Source of the DNA: Octopus vulgaris
Taxonomy: Eukaryota
Length of the DNA: 64,000 bases
NCBI GenBank assembly: GCA_951406725.2
Contig: OX597833.1
Location: 22,754,001 to 22,818,000 of the forward strand
Reading direction: 5' to 3'
Part shown: piece after piece, positions 13,905 through 28,229 of the stretch
How the letters are laid out: every line of letters begins with the position of its first letter
Position numbering within the stretch: position 1 is the first letter of the stretch
Notes under the pieces: model-generated
The model's database searches: none
Told to the model about the DNA's origin: nothing
Seen by the model: the letters and a program-made list of their open reading frames with translations, nothing else
Made by a program: the position numbers and the translations under genes

Positions 13905-14289
13905 TACTAGAGTAAAATATACGAAACCCAGTATACCCTTCATGACTCTCCGTCTGATAAGGCTACACCAGGTACATGCATCACAACCATATGTGTGCGA
14001 CATGATAATCTCATATCAAGATAAACAGCGCATGACCTTGCAGGTGGGGCCCAGTTAGAATTTTCTTCAGTAGCCCATCCCGCTCAAAAGGTCCCTGAAT
14101 AAAGGTTGTTTAAGGATGTTGAACGAAACACCCATGTTTCCAGGGATAAATTATACAAACCCCATAGAATATTTCTCAATACATGATTATGATGCTCCCT
14201 CACTACTTTTGTTCGTGATCAAAGATGCACATGTCGTCAGCCAGTAAGGGACATGCTCAACTGGTTTATTACTATTATTATCATCATCA

Positions 14290-14351
<62 letters not shown>

Positions 14352-14916
14352 ATTATTATTATTATTGAGCGAAACAGCAGTGCATGCCATCAAAGTGACA
14401 CTGGGGTAAAATATACGAAGCCCAGTATACCCACCATGACTACCCGTCTGATAAGGGTACACCAGGCACATGCATCACAACCATATATTCGCGATATGGT
14501 GATCTCATATCAAGATAAACAGCGAATGACCTCGCAGGTGGGGCCCAGTTAGAATTTTCTTCAGGTCGAGTAGCCCCTCCCGCTCAAAAGGTCCTTGAAT
14601 AAATGTTGTTTAAGGATGTTGAAAGAATCACCCATGTTTCTGGAGGCAAATTATCCAAATACCAAAGAATTTCTCTTAACGTATGGCTATGATGCTCCCT
14701 CACTACTTCTGCTCGTGATCAAAGATGCACATATCGTCAACCACTTAGGGGCATGCTCAACTGTATGAGGTCAAACAACTGACAAGCAAATCTGTGGTAT
14801 TTGGCAGAATATTTGCTGTAGCCCATCTTTTATACCAAGACAAAACAATGTACATAACACTTCCAACCAGTTAAGATCAGAAGCCATGAGAGCCATTGCC
14901 TGGTACTGCATCAGGG

Positions 14917-14920
<4 letters not shown>
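13905..14920. repeat. Two tandem copies of a ~360-bp repeat separated and followed by (TTA)n/(TTG)n
   Basis: 13907-14264 is similar to 14404-14762; TTA arrays at 14265-14365 and 14918-15030. Confidence 0.8.
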
Positions 14921-15007
<87 letters not shown>

Positions 15008-15404
15008 ATTATTATTATTATTATTACTATATTAAGGCGGCGGGCTGACCGAATCGTTACCACACTGGATAAAATGCCTAACAATATTTCTTCTGACTTT
15101 ACGTTTTGAGTTCAATGCATTCGATGTCAACTTTTCTTTTCATCCTTTCGGGGTCGATGAATGATTGTATCAACGTACGCCCTTCCCCAAAAGCTAATTG
15201 ACTCGTACAAAAATTTGAAGCCATTAATGTTGAAGAGGTTGAAAATGATATCGACTGCGCTCCTTTGTTTTGAAACCTGAAGAATTTCATACCCGTGGAA
15301 TCAACAATTTGCCAAATAAATGGGATTATATTATCAATGAGGGGACCATAGAAGCATTTGTTTCTTTCCTATTTGAAACCTAATGTGTGTACGCGCGCGC
15401 GTGG

Positions 15405-15484
<80 letters not shown>

Positions 15485-15575
15485 ATATGACTAGGTGCTT
15501 TTTTTATTATCAGAAGCAGTAAACCCACTGATTTCAATCGATAAAGCCTCTGTTCTTTTACAATTTTCTTTTCAG

Positions 15576-16118
15576 ATCCTTCGACAGACAGTTGTTATAA
15601 AGACAACTCTGATATCAGTTTAATATCCAGTAGCACATTGAATAACGATTATTTTTATAAAAACCTTTCTAATCAACTAGAAATCCCAAGTCACTTGAAA
15701 ACAGCCGGTAACTTGTCACCGGCACGCTATCATAGAAAATTCAGTGACGGAACGATCGTTTCCTTAGACAAAAATCAGTTTACTCTCTCATCCGATCCAA
15801 GCATTTTCAAAAGCATTCTTTATCCGTCCCATATCAGAGGGCATGCCAAAAAAACCTTATCTCCCAGTTCGAATTCACTTTTCATGAGAAGTAAAAGACT
15901 ACGTGATCCAACACTTCCAAGCATTTTCCGAGGATCTACGAACTTACGGTGCATCTCCATGGAAACCATTGGTGCGCTTTACAGCAGTTCGGTTCTCAGA
16001 GACGACAAGTTTGAAAAGTCTACTAGTAGTTCGGAAAATTCTACTTGCAGCTTTGATTTCTCTATGTTTACAGATGTTGTGATGGTTTTTTTGCTGGTTG
16101 CTATGACATTGAGTACCG
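15576..16118 (+). CDS. SLC16 gene exon (large Ser-rich cytoplasmic loop + start of TM7)
   Basis: ttttcag| acceptor and G|gtaggt donor; 543 bp open in frame with its neighbours; ends FDFSMFTDVVMVFLLVAMTLST. Confidence 0.85.
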
Positions 16119-16299
16119 GTAGGTGATATTATGTTTCTTTTTAAATTTCTTTACAAATTTTTCATATTTCTAATTATTTAGATCATTTTAATATCAAAAC
16201 CTAAAATATCAAAACATATAAAACAGAACAGTTTTTACATTGCTAAACTGCCATAAGTTTATCAGAAGTAAAATTTACGAAGCTCGTATTTTTCTTGAG

Positions 16300-17430
16300 A
16301 ATAGTTGCAGGTAAATTGAAGTAAACATGACGTTGAAACCGCCTTGCACACTTCGCTCGAGAGCTAATCTCATGTTCGTATGGGGTGCTTACCATGTTAA
16401 TATCCAGCGCAGGGTTTTAGAGTATTGAGAAGAGCACTTAAGGAATCAAAACTGGCTCGAAGTGATAGTGATAAGGATATTATTGTAAAACTGGAGTGTA
16501 TGAGACATAACTGAACCCTAAGCCACTCCTACGTTGTTATGTCTTGGAACGGAGAGCGGTTGTTAGGTCTTGGAACGGAGAAGGAATGGATCGTTTTAAG
16601 AAACTTCTCTATGATGGAACTAACAAACAGCTTTGGTGATATCAATGGCAGCCTTCACTGAATTTCTCAAGGAGGAAAGATTACTGGTAGGTAACAAGAA
16701 AAAACAAAAAAAAAACAAAGATATCCAATAAATTTGGATCTATGGATACCATACTGAGAAAGATAGCTTGACAAAGGAAAGTGTTTCCATAATCTTTGAG
16801 GTGTTGAAAGTGAGGCTACTGTTGCATATATCCATAGGTCGAATGGTTTGGAGTTGGTTTGGTGAGGATAGATGTTAGTTCTGGAGTTCACTATTTGCGA
16901 TTAATTGGGAAACACTATTAAAACCAACTAACTTCTTGGGTTAGAATAATCAAAAAAGTTGCTGTTTTGAGCCTTCATCTGAGGCTAAGACTAACCCATT
17001 TTCCAGCTATGACTAATCGATTTTCTTCTACATAGGGCATCTTGTATTATACTATCAGATATATAATTTCCTTTCTTAAGGCGGTAAAGGATAACAAATG
17101 GAAATTAAACTACTACTTTTAGTAGGTCGAGTAATCACGTGAAGTATTTCTCGTAGGATCGTAACTGGAGAAGTTTGTGTAGTTAGTAACTATTTTCATG
17201 TCCTGGTGAAGACAATTGGTCGACAAAATGCATTTGATGGCGGTGACCGTGTTTGAGGATTGTAAACGCAGAATTTCTTGATTGAGATTTAGTATGTCGG
17301 GATATTCTACAAGTTTGATGGAGACCTCTTTGTCAATAAACCAAAACAGTGGGCTGGCATTTTATTTATTCAGCATCACCAGTAAACATTACACCTCACT
17401 CTGACGAAGTGTTCTACTTAAAACGTTAGG
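16300..17430 (-). mobile_element. Heavily degraded Penelope-like retroelement remnant
   Basis: Broken TxIY/KPT and QAI-like RT-thumb motifs on the - strand and a decayed + strand hammerhead (ctgacga...aaaacgtta, ~17401-17430). Weak. Confidence 0.35.
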
Positions 17431-17773
17431 CTTCTCTCTTCTATCTCATAGTAGAATAATTTATTCTATTATACGAAATATTGCCCTAATACTTTCCTTA
17501 CTTTCCCGTTTGTTATCGTGAAGTTGGTGGTGGCGGATGATTTCATCAAGTCGTGGTCTCCAAAGTACATAACCTGTACAGCTGCGAGAGAACCAATGGT
17601 GGTGTTGGTGGTGGTTGGTTATGGGCTTTGGTAATGTGGGAAATCTGAACGGTTATATCCCACGACGACTGACTTTGCCATCTGCATTTCATGCATCTAG
17701 AAGGCGATAAAGTTTTTATCATCTCCAGTGGCATGAAATGTAAAATCATCCGTATCTCCTGCTCTTATATAAT

Positions 17774-18172
17774 CTTTTCTACTTTAGGCACAAGGTCCGA
17801 AATTTTTGGGGAAGGGGGCCAGTCGATTAGATCAACCCCAGTACGCAACTGGTACTTAATTTATCGACCCCGAAATTGTGAAAGGCAAAGTCGACCTCGG
17901 CGAAATTTGAACTCAGAACGTAAATACAGACGAAATGCCTATTTCTTTACTACCCACAAGGGGCTAAACACAGAGAGGACAAACAAGGACAGACACACGG
18001 ATTAAGTCGATTATATCGACCCCAGTGCGTAACTGGTACTTATTTAATCGACCCCGAAAGGATGAAAGGCAAAGTCGACCTCGGCAGAATTTGAATTCAG
18101 AACGTAACGGCAGATGAAATATCGCCGAGCATTTCGCCCGGCGTGCTAACGTTTCTGCCAGCTCGCCGCCTT
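17774..18172 (-). mobile_element. Dimeric AAGGCGGCGAGCTGG-family SINE
   Basis: 12-bp TSD ctcttatataat (17762-17773, 18177-18188); internal duplication of the body. Confidence 0.8.
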
Positions 18173-18274
18173 CCTCCTCTTATATAATATTTGACCTTGT
18201 GGCAACTACGAAAATCATTAATAATATTACTGTTATTGAAAATTACTGGTCGGCTGGTAGCAGAGAAATTTTGT

Positions 18275-18306
<32 letters not shown>

Positions 18307-18319
18307 GGTTACAACTTAT

Positions 18320-18400
18320 CACGACTCACGTTTCACGACTCACGTTTCACGACTCACGTTTCACGACTCACGTTTCACGACTCACGTTTCACGACTTACA
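18320..18400. repeat. 14-bp minisatellite (CACGACTCACGTTT)x~5.5
   Basis: Directly visible. Confidence 0.9.
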
Positions 18401-18515
18401 TTTAAAAATACCAATTAAGAACTAGGGTAAGGTGAGGGACGAATTAATTCGATTGTACCTGCTCTAAAATAAGTGGATTGTATACCAATGCAAATAAATG
18501 TAATAGTAATCATTA

Positions 18516-18987
18516 CCTCCTCCTCCTCCACCTCCACCTCCCCTTCTTCTTCTTCTTCTTCTTCTTCTTCTTCTTCTTCTTCTTCTTCTTCTTCTTCTTC
18601 TTCTTCTTCTTCTTCTTCGTCTTCTTCTTCTTCTTCTTCTTCCTCCCCTTCTTCTTCTTCACCTTCTTCTTCTTCTTCTTCTTCTTCTTCTTCGTCTTCT
18701 TCTTCTTCTTCTTCTTCTTCCTCCCCTTCTTCTTCTTCAACTTCTTCTTCACCTTCTTCTTCTTCTTCTTCTTCTTCTTCGTCTTCTTCTTCGTCTTCTT
18801 CTTCTTCTTCTTCTTCTTCTTCTTCTTCGTCTTCTTCTTCTTCTTCTTCTTCTTCTTCTTTCTTCTTCTTCTTCTTCTTCTTCTTCTTCTTCTTCTTCTT
18901 CTTCTTCTTCTTCTTCTTCTTCTTCTTCTTCTTCTTCTTCTTCTTCTTCTTCTTCTTCTTCTTCTTCTTCTTCTTCTTCTTCTTCTT
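18516..18987. repeat. Long (TTC)n trinucleotide tract, ~470 bp
   Basis: Directly visible; source of the poly-S/F/K/E ORFs. Confidence 0.97.
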
Positions 18988-19094
18988 GTCCTTGCATTTT
19001 CTTTGGAGTCGTCATTTGTCACCATTAACGTTATAATATCACTTGTTGTCACCTGACCTGAAACCGTTTCCCCCTCTCTTCTTTTTCATGTCAG

Positions 19095-19364
19095 TCCAGG
19101 GAGCAGTACTCACTCACTTACCCAGCTACGCTCTGTCCCTTGGCATAAACAGCGTCGATGTCGCCATGATTGTCTCAGTGCTGGGTATTATGGTGTCGGT
19201 CGGTCAAATGGGTGTCGGTTTGATCATAGATTTCCTACCCGTCCCCATCATCTACGCCTACAGCTTCGCCATGGTTCTGGCTTGTGCTGTTGTGGCCGTC
19301 ATACCTCTCGTTCACTCTGTTTACATACTTGCCTTCTGTGCTGGAGTGTTTGGTTTCTTCATTG
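19095..19364 (+). CDS. SLC16 gene exon (TM7-TM10)
   Basis: tgtcag| acceptor and G|gtaagt donor; VQGAVLTHLPSYA...IVSVLGIMVSVGQMGVGLIID...GVFGFFIG. Confidence 0.92.
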
Positions 19365-19788
19365 GTAAGTAAAACATTATTTTTGCAATTACGCATGTCA
19401 AGTAACCCGCATTTACACACACGAACACACATACACACTGTCACATACGTGTACATACACTCACACATGTCCACATACACGCATACTTGCTTTCACAACA
19501 TGTATACTTGGTAAATTGATTCATATATATATGATTACGCTACGCGCTTCATGCTACCAACATCTCACACTCTCATCACTCTGGATCATTCAAGAGCACA
19601 CTGCGGCCCGCGAAACTTTTTGAATAGCACGCCAGACAAAATTTTGGCACAAGGCCAGTAATTTCGGGGCGGGAGGAAGGCTAAGTAGTTTTTAACCCTT
19701 TTATTTAAATGAGTTTTTACACGGTCCCCTTTTAATGTTTATCCTTATGTACATACGTACATACATACATACATACTTACGTACATAC

Positions 19789-19845
<57 letters not shown>

Positions 19846-19851
19846 ATATAT

Positions 19852-19975
<124 letters not shown>

Positions 19976-20554
19976 GACGAAATTTTGAATTTAATTCACG
20001 TACCTCCAGTACTATCTTTACGGACCACCACGGGTTCGTGGACTCCGGGTTGGGAACCACTGCTTTATACTCAAGCTGCAAAAAACAATAGCCAAACTCA
20101 GATAATAACCAAATAACGATCAGTCTACACTTATATCACATTCTCTGTCCATGTTACACTGTGTGAAACAAATGTATTACGCAACTTAATTTAGTCATAC
20201 TCACCTGGACAGCTTGCTTCATGTCGCTGACCAACTCAACTGTTTATTTCGCCATTTTAGTGCCGACACATCCTCCGATATGCTTCCTATCTTACAGACT
20301 GTTTGAAGCTTACTTCACAGTGGGCATCGGGTGCAGGACGCGGGGGTTACATTAAGGAGCTCATGTCTCGTCTTCAAATGTTCGAATAGAAAAGCCTCGA
20401 CAGATGTTGCTCTCCAGCTGTTGTAGGATCCAATCAATTTTTTAAAGGTAAAATAAAGAAAACACATCCATGCATACATGCACACAGAAATAGAAAGAAA
20501 TACACACATATACAAATTCACTCGCATTTAGAGAGATCAAACGAAACTAAATTG

Positions 20555-21000
20555 TCTAAGCCAGTTTCAACATTTCGGTTATGGCTCTGAAACATGGAGA
20601 GCCACCTGCAGCAACTACAAGAAGATCCAGATCTTCCTCAACAAATGTCTCCGGCAGATCCTCCAACTGAAGTGGTTCGACAGAGTGCCAAACACCGACC
20701 TGTGGGAAAGGGCCAACCAGGAGCCCATACATGTTCAGATTAGACGAAAGAAATAGAAATGGATCGGACACACACTGCGGAAAGAACCCTCAAATGTGAC
20801 ACGACAAGCACTTGACTGGAACCCGCAAGGGAAAAGGAAGTGAGGACGCCCGAAGCAGACATGGAAGCGGAGCATTTTGGACGAGCTCAGGACCACCGGC
20901 CTGACTTGGGAAGCAGCCAAGAAACACGCCAATGACCACAAAAAGAGGAAAACAACTGTTGAGGCTCTATGCTCCACAGGGGAAAAAAGGATTAAAAAGA
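20555..21000 (+). mobile_element. 5'-truncated RTE LINE 3' fragment
   Basis: YGSETW...NKCLRQILQLKWFDRVPNTDLW...WIGHTLRK...ALDWNPQGKRK*GRPKQTW, with internal stops. Confidence 0.8.
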
Positions 21001-23576
21001 AGTTAACAACAACTCCTTACTAACAGTTGTAATCAAGTACATTTAGTAGCATTGAGGAAGAAAACACAAAGTAAGTCCACTTCACTTACGATATTCCCCT
21101 TGTCCACGTGACCTGCTTGTATCTTTACAGAAAAAAAAGCATTAACGAGCTTGCTCTCTTCAGTAAAATATATTTGTGAAGCAATCGTGGTTATAAGTTT
21201 CTACTAACTTCACTTTCGATTGCTCGGTCAGAACCATTTTATTTTTGCATCGACCTGTGATGTTTTTTGAACAATCATAAGCCTAGATTGTCTCTTGGAC
21301 CGAGCTCCTCCCCTGGATCAAAAACATGCTTCGGCTGAGTGCCTGATATTTGGAATTTTGTCAAGCGTTCACAGTCATCCGCAAGTCGGGCAATGCGGTC
21401 GGTGGGAGCACTGCTTTAGCGTTGTATTGGAGAGGAGAACGACGATATTCTCAGGGAAACTTTGGGTATCATTGAGAACGAACTATCATAGTTCGTATGC
21501 TCTGGGATATTTTCGGTGTAGGGCTATGGACAACTTCCAGAAATCCTTGGCCTTGCAGTGGTACTAAGAGTTGGAGTATTGCAGATTCAGGACAAACTCT
21601 ATGGGCGTATAAATGCCGTCAGCCAAGCTTGTTTGAATTTCGCATTGATCACAAAACCGTTTTGCTTGCACTTATCAGAGTATGTATAGGTGCCTGTGTA
21701 CTTGCTTTTAGTGTCCTTGATAATCATAATTATGCTGAGTCTGTGGGTGCCCGGATTGCCCCTGGGCGGCTCTGCTCTCCACTGGAGATTTCTCTTGCAG
21801 TTTCTATCTTATTGCTATTGTTTTATCAGTCAATCAACAACAACAGCAACTGCAGCAGCAGCAACAAGAACAACAACATTAATGATAATAAGTTTATAAT
21901 GCATAGTATTTTTTGGCGACCCCTGAGGATAAAAGGTACAAAGTTGAAAGATGAAAGCCAAATCAGAAAGACAATTTAGTCCTATATTTTGCTGTGTCTG
22001 ACTTTTTATATTCTTGTTCATTTGCCAGGAATTTGTGAGCCAACGAGGAAACCTCACGTAGTCGCTAGACATGCTAGAAATAGTAGCTAAATACCAATTC
22101 TATCACATTTTACCGAATTAAAAATAGAATATGATACATTGAATGGTTATGGTCGGAAAGATTTTGATCATAGGTTTACTCAGAGCTGACCTTAGCATCA
22201 AAAACCACAGCATCATTATGGAATTTAGGAATTTTACTGTAATAGTCTATTTCCTATGCTGGATTCGTCCTATGGTGTAGTTTTCCCTTTCGTTAGTGTA
22301 GCAAGTTAAGTGTGATAAATATTTAATAAAATACTAGAATTTGAGGTATTTAAAGGTCTTCAACATCCGATCAGCTTCTGTCATTCATTGAACTAAGTTT
22401 ACTTTCTGTGGAAGTAGTAGCAATCCGATTGCATTTTATTCATCGTTTACTTTGTATGTATGTCGTAGTGAGAGGAGAAAGAATAATATGCATGACTCTT
22501 GTAGAGCCTCTGAGGCTGGCTTGAAAGGAATGCAGCTCATAAAAATATCAAGCTCTCCTCATGTCGGCCAAGCGCTTTGCAACAAGAAAGTGACCAAGGA
22601 CCAGATGGGGATGTTAAACCGAGCAACATATCAAATTAATCTCCAAAGATTAGGTCGAAACTTGTTTGGGATATTTTGTGACTTTTAGATGTCTAATTGG
22701 AAAATAAATTTCATATGATTGTTGTTTGAGATAGAAAGTTCATGTGATCTTTTAAAAACATCTATAAAAAACAAATTATACTGTGTAACACAATTTTTGT
22801 CCTTGAGTAGGAACTGTTATTTCCTATTTGCTTACCCCTAGAAAGCATGAAAAGTGTCAAATATTACCTTCAAACTATGCTTTTCTCAAACTTGTCTCTA
22901 CTTGAACGGCTAGAAGTAAACTGAATGGTTGAGCTTACGATCCATGTATTTTTACTGCCATCTATGTTGACAGAATGTTCTAGAAATTCTTGAAACTTTT
23001 AGAAACTTCTAGAAAGTTCTAGAAAATTCTGCTTCAGCAACTCTGCATTGAATCTGTCTGAAATATAATGAAAAATAGGTAATTTTTAAAACATTGATAT
23101 TCTGATCACAAAAGCAAAGTTGAAGGGAATGGTAGTCATTTGCTTTGATTTCTAGAGAGAAGCAAATAGGAAATAACACTTAATGACCAAAGACAAAAAG
23201 AATAAAAAAGCTACATAGTGCAATTTTTGTTCATACTATTAAAGTACCTTGGTTTTCTGAATTCAATCAGAAAAAAAATAATGTTTAGAAAAGAGGAAGC
23301 TTATAATTTCTTTCAAAAATCGACGTTTATGCATGTATTTTCCTTGCAGTAATGTTGCCTTCTATATATTCCAGATCCGGTTTTGGGATTTCATATGATC
23401 ATATTATTATAAATTTACTCATTTTTCTATATTTTAGAACGCTCGTTATGTTATAGATATCAACATGTTTAATACCCTGCCATTGGAACATTTATCATTA
23501 ACTCTTACTATTACACCTTTTGTTTTTCACAAAATTATAAATATGCATAACAAACGATGAAATCCTTTTCTCCTAG

Positions 23577-23702
23577 GTTGGATTATTTCCCTGAGGACAA
23601 TACTACTCGCAGACTTGGTTGGAGTCGCAAACCTCACACATGTATTTGGTGTCGTAGCTTTCTTCCAAGGAACAGGCTTCATTGTTTCTCCTCCACTTGC
23701 AG
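23577..23702 (+). CDS. SLC16 gene exon (TM10-TM11)
   Basis: tcctag| acceptor and G|gtacgt donor; GWIISLRTILLADLVGVANLTHVFG...GFIVSPPLAG. Confidence 0.92.
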
Positions 23703-24128
23703 GTACGTTAGGTATCAGCGATACAATATTCGGCTTTTCTATTAAATTGGTTCTATTAGGAGAAGAGATTAACTTCATTTCAGTATCCATCACACATTTT
23801 TCTTCTTTTTCTTTTTGACATTCAGTACTGTTCTTTCTCTTTCTTCTGGAAAAAAAGAAGCAGGACAACAGCACTTGTGTCATTTTTCATGGTCTCCAAG
23901 AGTAACGGGAGGAAGGGACGACGGGACGAAGGTATCCTTATAGCGGAAACTTGGCCTGAATACTGATAGTTGTTTCTGGTAGAGTCAGCGTGTGGTGGGA
24001 ATAAACCGGGCGATGGATTCAGTATGCCACTCAAGAACAGGTACACCTGCACTTACACTCAAACACAGACACAACATCAATATGTATGTGTGTGTGTGTG
24101 CGTGTGCACGTGTGTGTGCTTAAATATA

Positions 24129-24221
<93 letters not shown>

Positions 24222-24289
24222 TGTATGTACATATGTGTGTGTATATACATACATACATACATATATATATATAGATATGTATATATGTA

Positions 24290-24342
<53 letters not shown>

Positions 24343-25110
24343 GTGTGTGTATATATGTACATGTATGTATGTATGTATGTATGTATGTATGTATGTATGT
24401 ATGTATGTATGTATGTATGTATGTGTGTGTGTGTGTATATATTGTAGAAATGGAAATAGAATGTCTTTGGTACAGTATTACATATTTGAAAAATTGATTA
24501 GGAATGGCTTTTCTTTCTAATTATTTTTTTTTCGCTTTACTAATTAGATGTTTATAAATTAAACATCTATTCATTGAATTCAAGTATTGGCACAAGGACA
24601 TCATGTTCGAGGGAGTCGATTATATTGACCTGGTATTTATTTTATCGACCTTGAAAGGATGAAAGGCAAAATCGTTAGCATCCCGGACAAAATGCCTAGC
24701 GGTATTTCGTCCGTATTTATGTTCTGAATAAAAAATTCCGCCGAGGTTGACTTTGCCTTTCATCCTTTCGGGGTCGATAAATTAAGTACCAGTTGAGTAC
24801 TGAGGTTGATGTAATCGACTTACCGCTCCCCCAAGTTTCAGGCCTTGTGCCTATAGTAGAAAGTATTATTATTGTTATGTGTATGTGTGTGTATATCTCT
24901 TAACATTGACATATTTTTGATTTTCATCCACCATCTATGCACAAGCGCGCATGCGTGTGTGTGAGCACGTCAGAATGCACGTATTTGAAAGTTTCGAATT
25001 TGTGTAGTCATTTTTGGTTAATACAGAAGTTATCATCACCGTCGCCATCGTTACTGTTGCTATTGCTTCCCGTCTTTGTACTAATATATTTATTATTTCT
25101 CTTTTTCAAG

Positions 25111-25262
25111 GTTTACTCTATGACTACACCCAGTCGTACATGGCGTTGTTCATGCTGTGTACGGCATCATACGGACTTGCAGCGATTTTCACGCTTATTT
25201 TATGCTATTTCTATCGCAAACAAGATTCACAGAATAGCATTAAATCTTATCCGGTGAATTAA
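25111..25262 (+). CDS. SLC16 gene last coding exon (TM12, stop)
   Basis: ttttcaag| acceptor; GLLYDYTQSYMALF...SYPVN-TAA. Confidence 0.9.
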
Positions 25263-25639
25263 CATTCAAAAAGAAAGTAAAAAGTGAGTAATTGACAAGG
25301 AAAAGGTGAGAGACTGCTTTGTGCAAAGGAAGCAAATTACATTGTTGTTGTTTTTTTATAATATAATTCCGATATATTCCTCATTTTCAAATAAAATGAT
25401 TGAAAGTCATTTGGGGGAAAAAACAGAATCTCATACTCAATATCTAACAGCGATTACCTTCAACCTTCTATGTTCTGGGTTTCAAATCTCATACAGGGTT
25501 GAAAAAGGTTTTCCTCCATCCAGGCTCTAAGTACCAGAGATGCATCTGTATAAAAAGGGGATATGGTTTACGACTTTGTGTCGATGTGAGAAATAATTAT
25601 TGAAGGGAAAAGAGCATCGAACTAAGTTCCTCTCATTGC

Positions 25640-26190
25640 TTAGTTTCGAGCTTCTAATTTCCGAGTTTAAAACCTTCCAGGGTCAACTTTGACTTTCATC
25701 TTTGCTGGGACAATAAGATAAGTATCAACCAAGTTAATGAGTCTAATCGGCTAATCCTTCCCACAAAATTTGTGTCCTTGTACCTATTTTTGAAATCATT
25801 ATTATTATTACTCCAAAGATGGCGAACCGACAGAATCGTTTGCAAACCGGGAAAATGTTTAGCGGCATTTCGTCCGTCTTTACGTTCAGATTCCGCCGAA
25901 GTCGACTTTGCCTTCCATCCTTTCAAGATCTATAAAAGAAGTACCAGTTGAACACAGGGGTTGATGTACTCGATTTAACCCCTCCCCCAGAATTGCTGGC
26001 CTTGTGCCAAAATTCAAAACTATTATTCTTATTATTACTCGAGTGCTTGCGGTGTTTGTTTCGGCATGTTTCAAATCCCGCAGAAGTTAACTTTGACATT
26101 TACCCTCCGGGAGTGAATAAAATAAAGTACAACCCAAATACCTGGATCCATATAATCAACTGATCCCTGGCCCCGAATTTCTGATCTTGT

Positions 26191-26238
<48 letters not shown>

Positions 26239-27420
26239 ATTATTGTTGTTAAAGCGTGGCAAGCTGGCAGAATCGTTAGAGCGTTGAAAAAATATTTTGG
26301 TTATTTCTCTGATTCTTTATCGATGGGGTCAGCTTTGACTTTCATCCTTCTGGGTCAATATAATAAAGTACCAGTTAAGTATTTTGGTCGATGGTATCGA
26401 CTAAACACTCCTTTCAAAACTGCTGGCCTTGTGCCAAAATTTGAAGCTATTATTAATATTATTATTATTATTATTATTATTATTTCACTGAGGTCGACTT
26501 TGCCTTTCATTCTACCGGGGTCAAAAAAATAAGTACCAGCTGAACACTGAGGTCGATGTAATTGACTTATCCCCCACCTCGAAATTGTTGGCCTTGTGCC
26601 AAAAATTGAAATCATCATCATCATCATTATTATTGTTATTGTTGTTGTTGTTGCTGCTGCTGTTGTTGTTATGATGGCGTTGTTTTTAAATCTCACCGGC
26701 GTTGACTTGGCCTTTTATCCTTCTAGTGGCGATAAGCGGCATGGTTCCTGTGGCATAGTTCCCGTACTTCAGTTAACTATGTAATCCTCCTTCTGAATTT
26801 GTGGGCTTGATCTAAAATTTGAAAACATTATCATTGCTGTCGAGGGTGATTTGACAAACTCATTATGTTTTGCGATATTTTCACGGCTCTTTGCGCTTTG
26901 CCTTTTATCCTTTCGGGCCCACTAAAACAAGTAGCAGTTGAATACTGCAGTCAATGTAATAGGCTTATCCCTTTTCTTAAAATTGCAGATCTTGAGCCAA
27001 AATTTGAAAACATTATCATTGCTGTCGAGGGTGATTTGACAAACTCATTATGTTTTGCGATATTTTCACGGCTCTTTGCGCTTTAAGTTTAAATTCAATC
27101 AAAATCGACTTTGCCTTTTATCCTTTCGGGCCCACTAAAACAAGTAGCAGTTGAATACTGCAGTCAACGTAATAGGCTTATCCCTTTTCTTAAAATTGCA
27201 GACCTTGAGCCAAAATTTGAAAACATTGCTATCATTGCTGTCGAGGGGGATTTGTCACAAATCATCAGAGCGCCGGGAAAACTGCTTTGCACTGCTTTGC
27301 TCTTTATGTTCTGAGTTCAACTCTACTTTTCATACTTCAGTAGTCGATACAAAATAAAGTAGCGACAAAGCAGCGAGATCGATATAATCAGATAACTCCT
27401 CTTCACCAAATCCGTAACCT
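25640..27420 (+). repeat. Head-to-tail pile of degenerate SINE fragments including a ~180-bp tandem duplication (26810-27250)
   Basis: Repeated gtcgactttgcctttcatcc / aagtaccag / ggccttgtgccaaaatt modules. Confidence 0.7.
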
Positions 27421-28229
27421 CACACCGATTAAATATCGTTACTGTTGTTGTAATCTAATGTGAAACCTCTTCAAAATATATCATGTACGTGATTCTCTGA
27501 GACAGTCTGAGACAAATCTGTTTCTATTATACGTATATGATACACCATTGAAGACAATTTTACAGTAATTACGATAAAATGAGATCTCATATGATAAAAA
27601 CCGATTAAATTTTTCTTTCATGTTTGACTGCATAAAGAAAGTTCGTTTAAGCTAATTTCGATCGACTTTGCATGCTCCATTTCCTTTGCTTCAATTCAAA
27701 GTCTCTAATATCCATCAGTATGGCTGTGTGGTTAAGAAGCTTGCCTTATACCCACATGGTTTCGGGTTCAGTTCCAATGCGCAGCACCTTGAGAAAGTGT
27801 CTTCTATTATAACCATGTCTTATAATATCCATGTCTTGTGAGTGAAATTGCTAGTCGGAAATTCTTTCACTCACTTCCTTTACTTTTCTTCAATATTTTC
27901 TTCATGATGAATAACTAACGTCCGAAATGTCAAGACTCTCTCTCCTTTAATCACTAAGCTAATAGAACATTTGTTATAACTTGTCCATTATGTGTTGTCA
28001 TTCTGTTCTGTCTTCTTTCATTTTGCGTTCATTTTTTCCATTATACCATAGTCTCAAGACAACCAAAATTTTATTACCAAATGACTCGCGGAACATTAGA
28101 CAACAGTATGTATGTATGTATGTATGTATGTATGTATGTATGTATGTATGTATGTATGTATGTATGTGCGTATGTGCATATTTGTATGTTTTATGTATGT
28201 ATTCTCAAACAAATAGTTGCACATCTAGA

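Noticed and set aside
18473-19056. Long poly-S/F/L/K/R/E ORFs
   Set aside because: Translations of the (TTC)n microsatellite.
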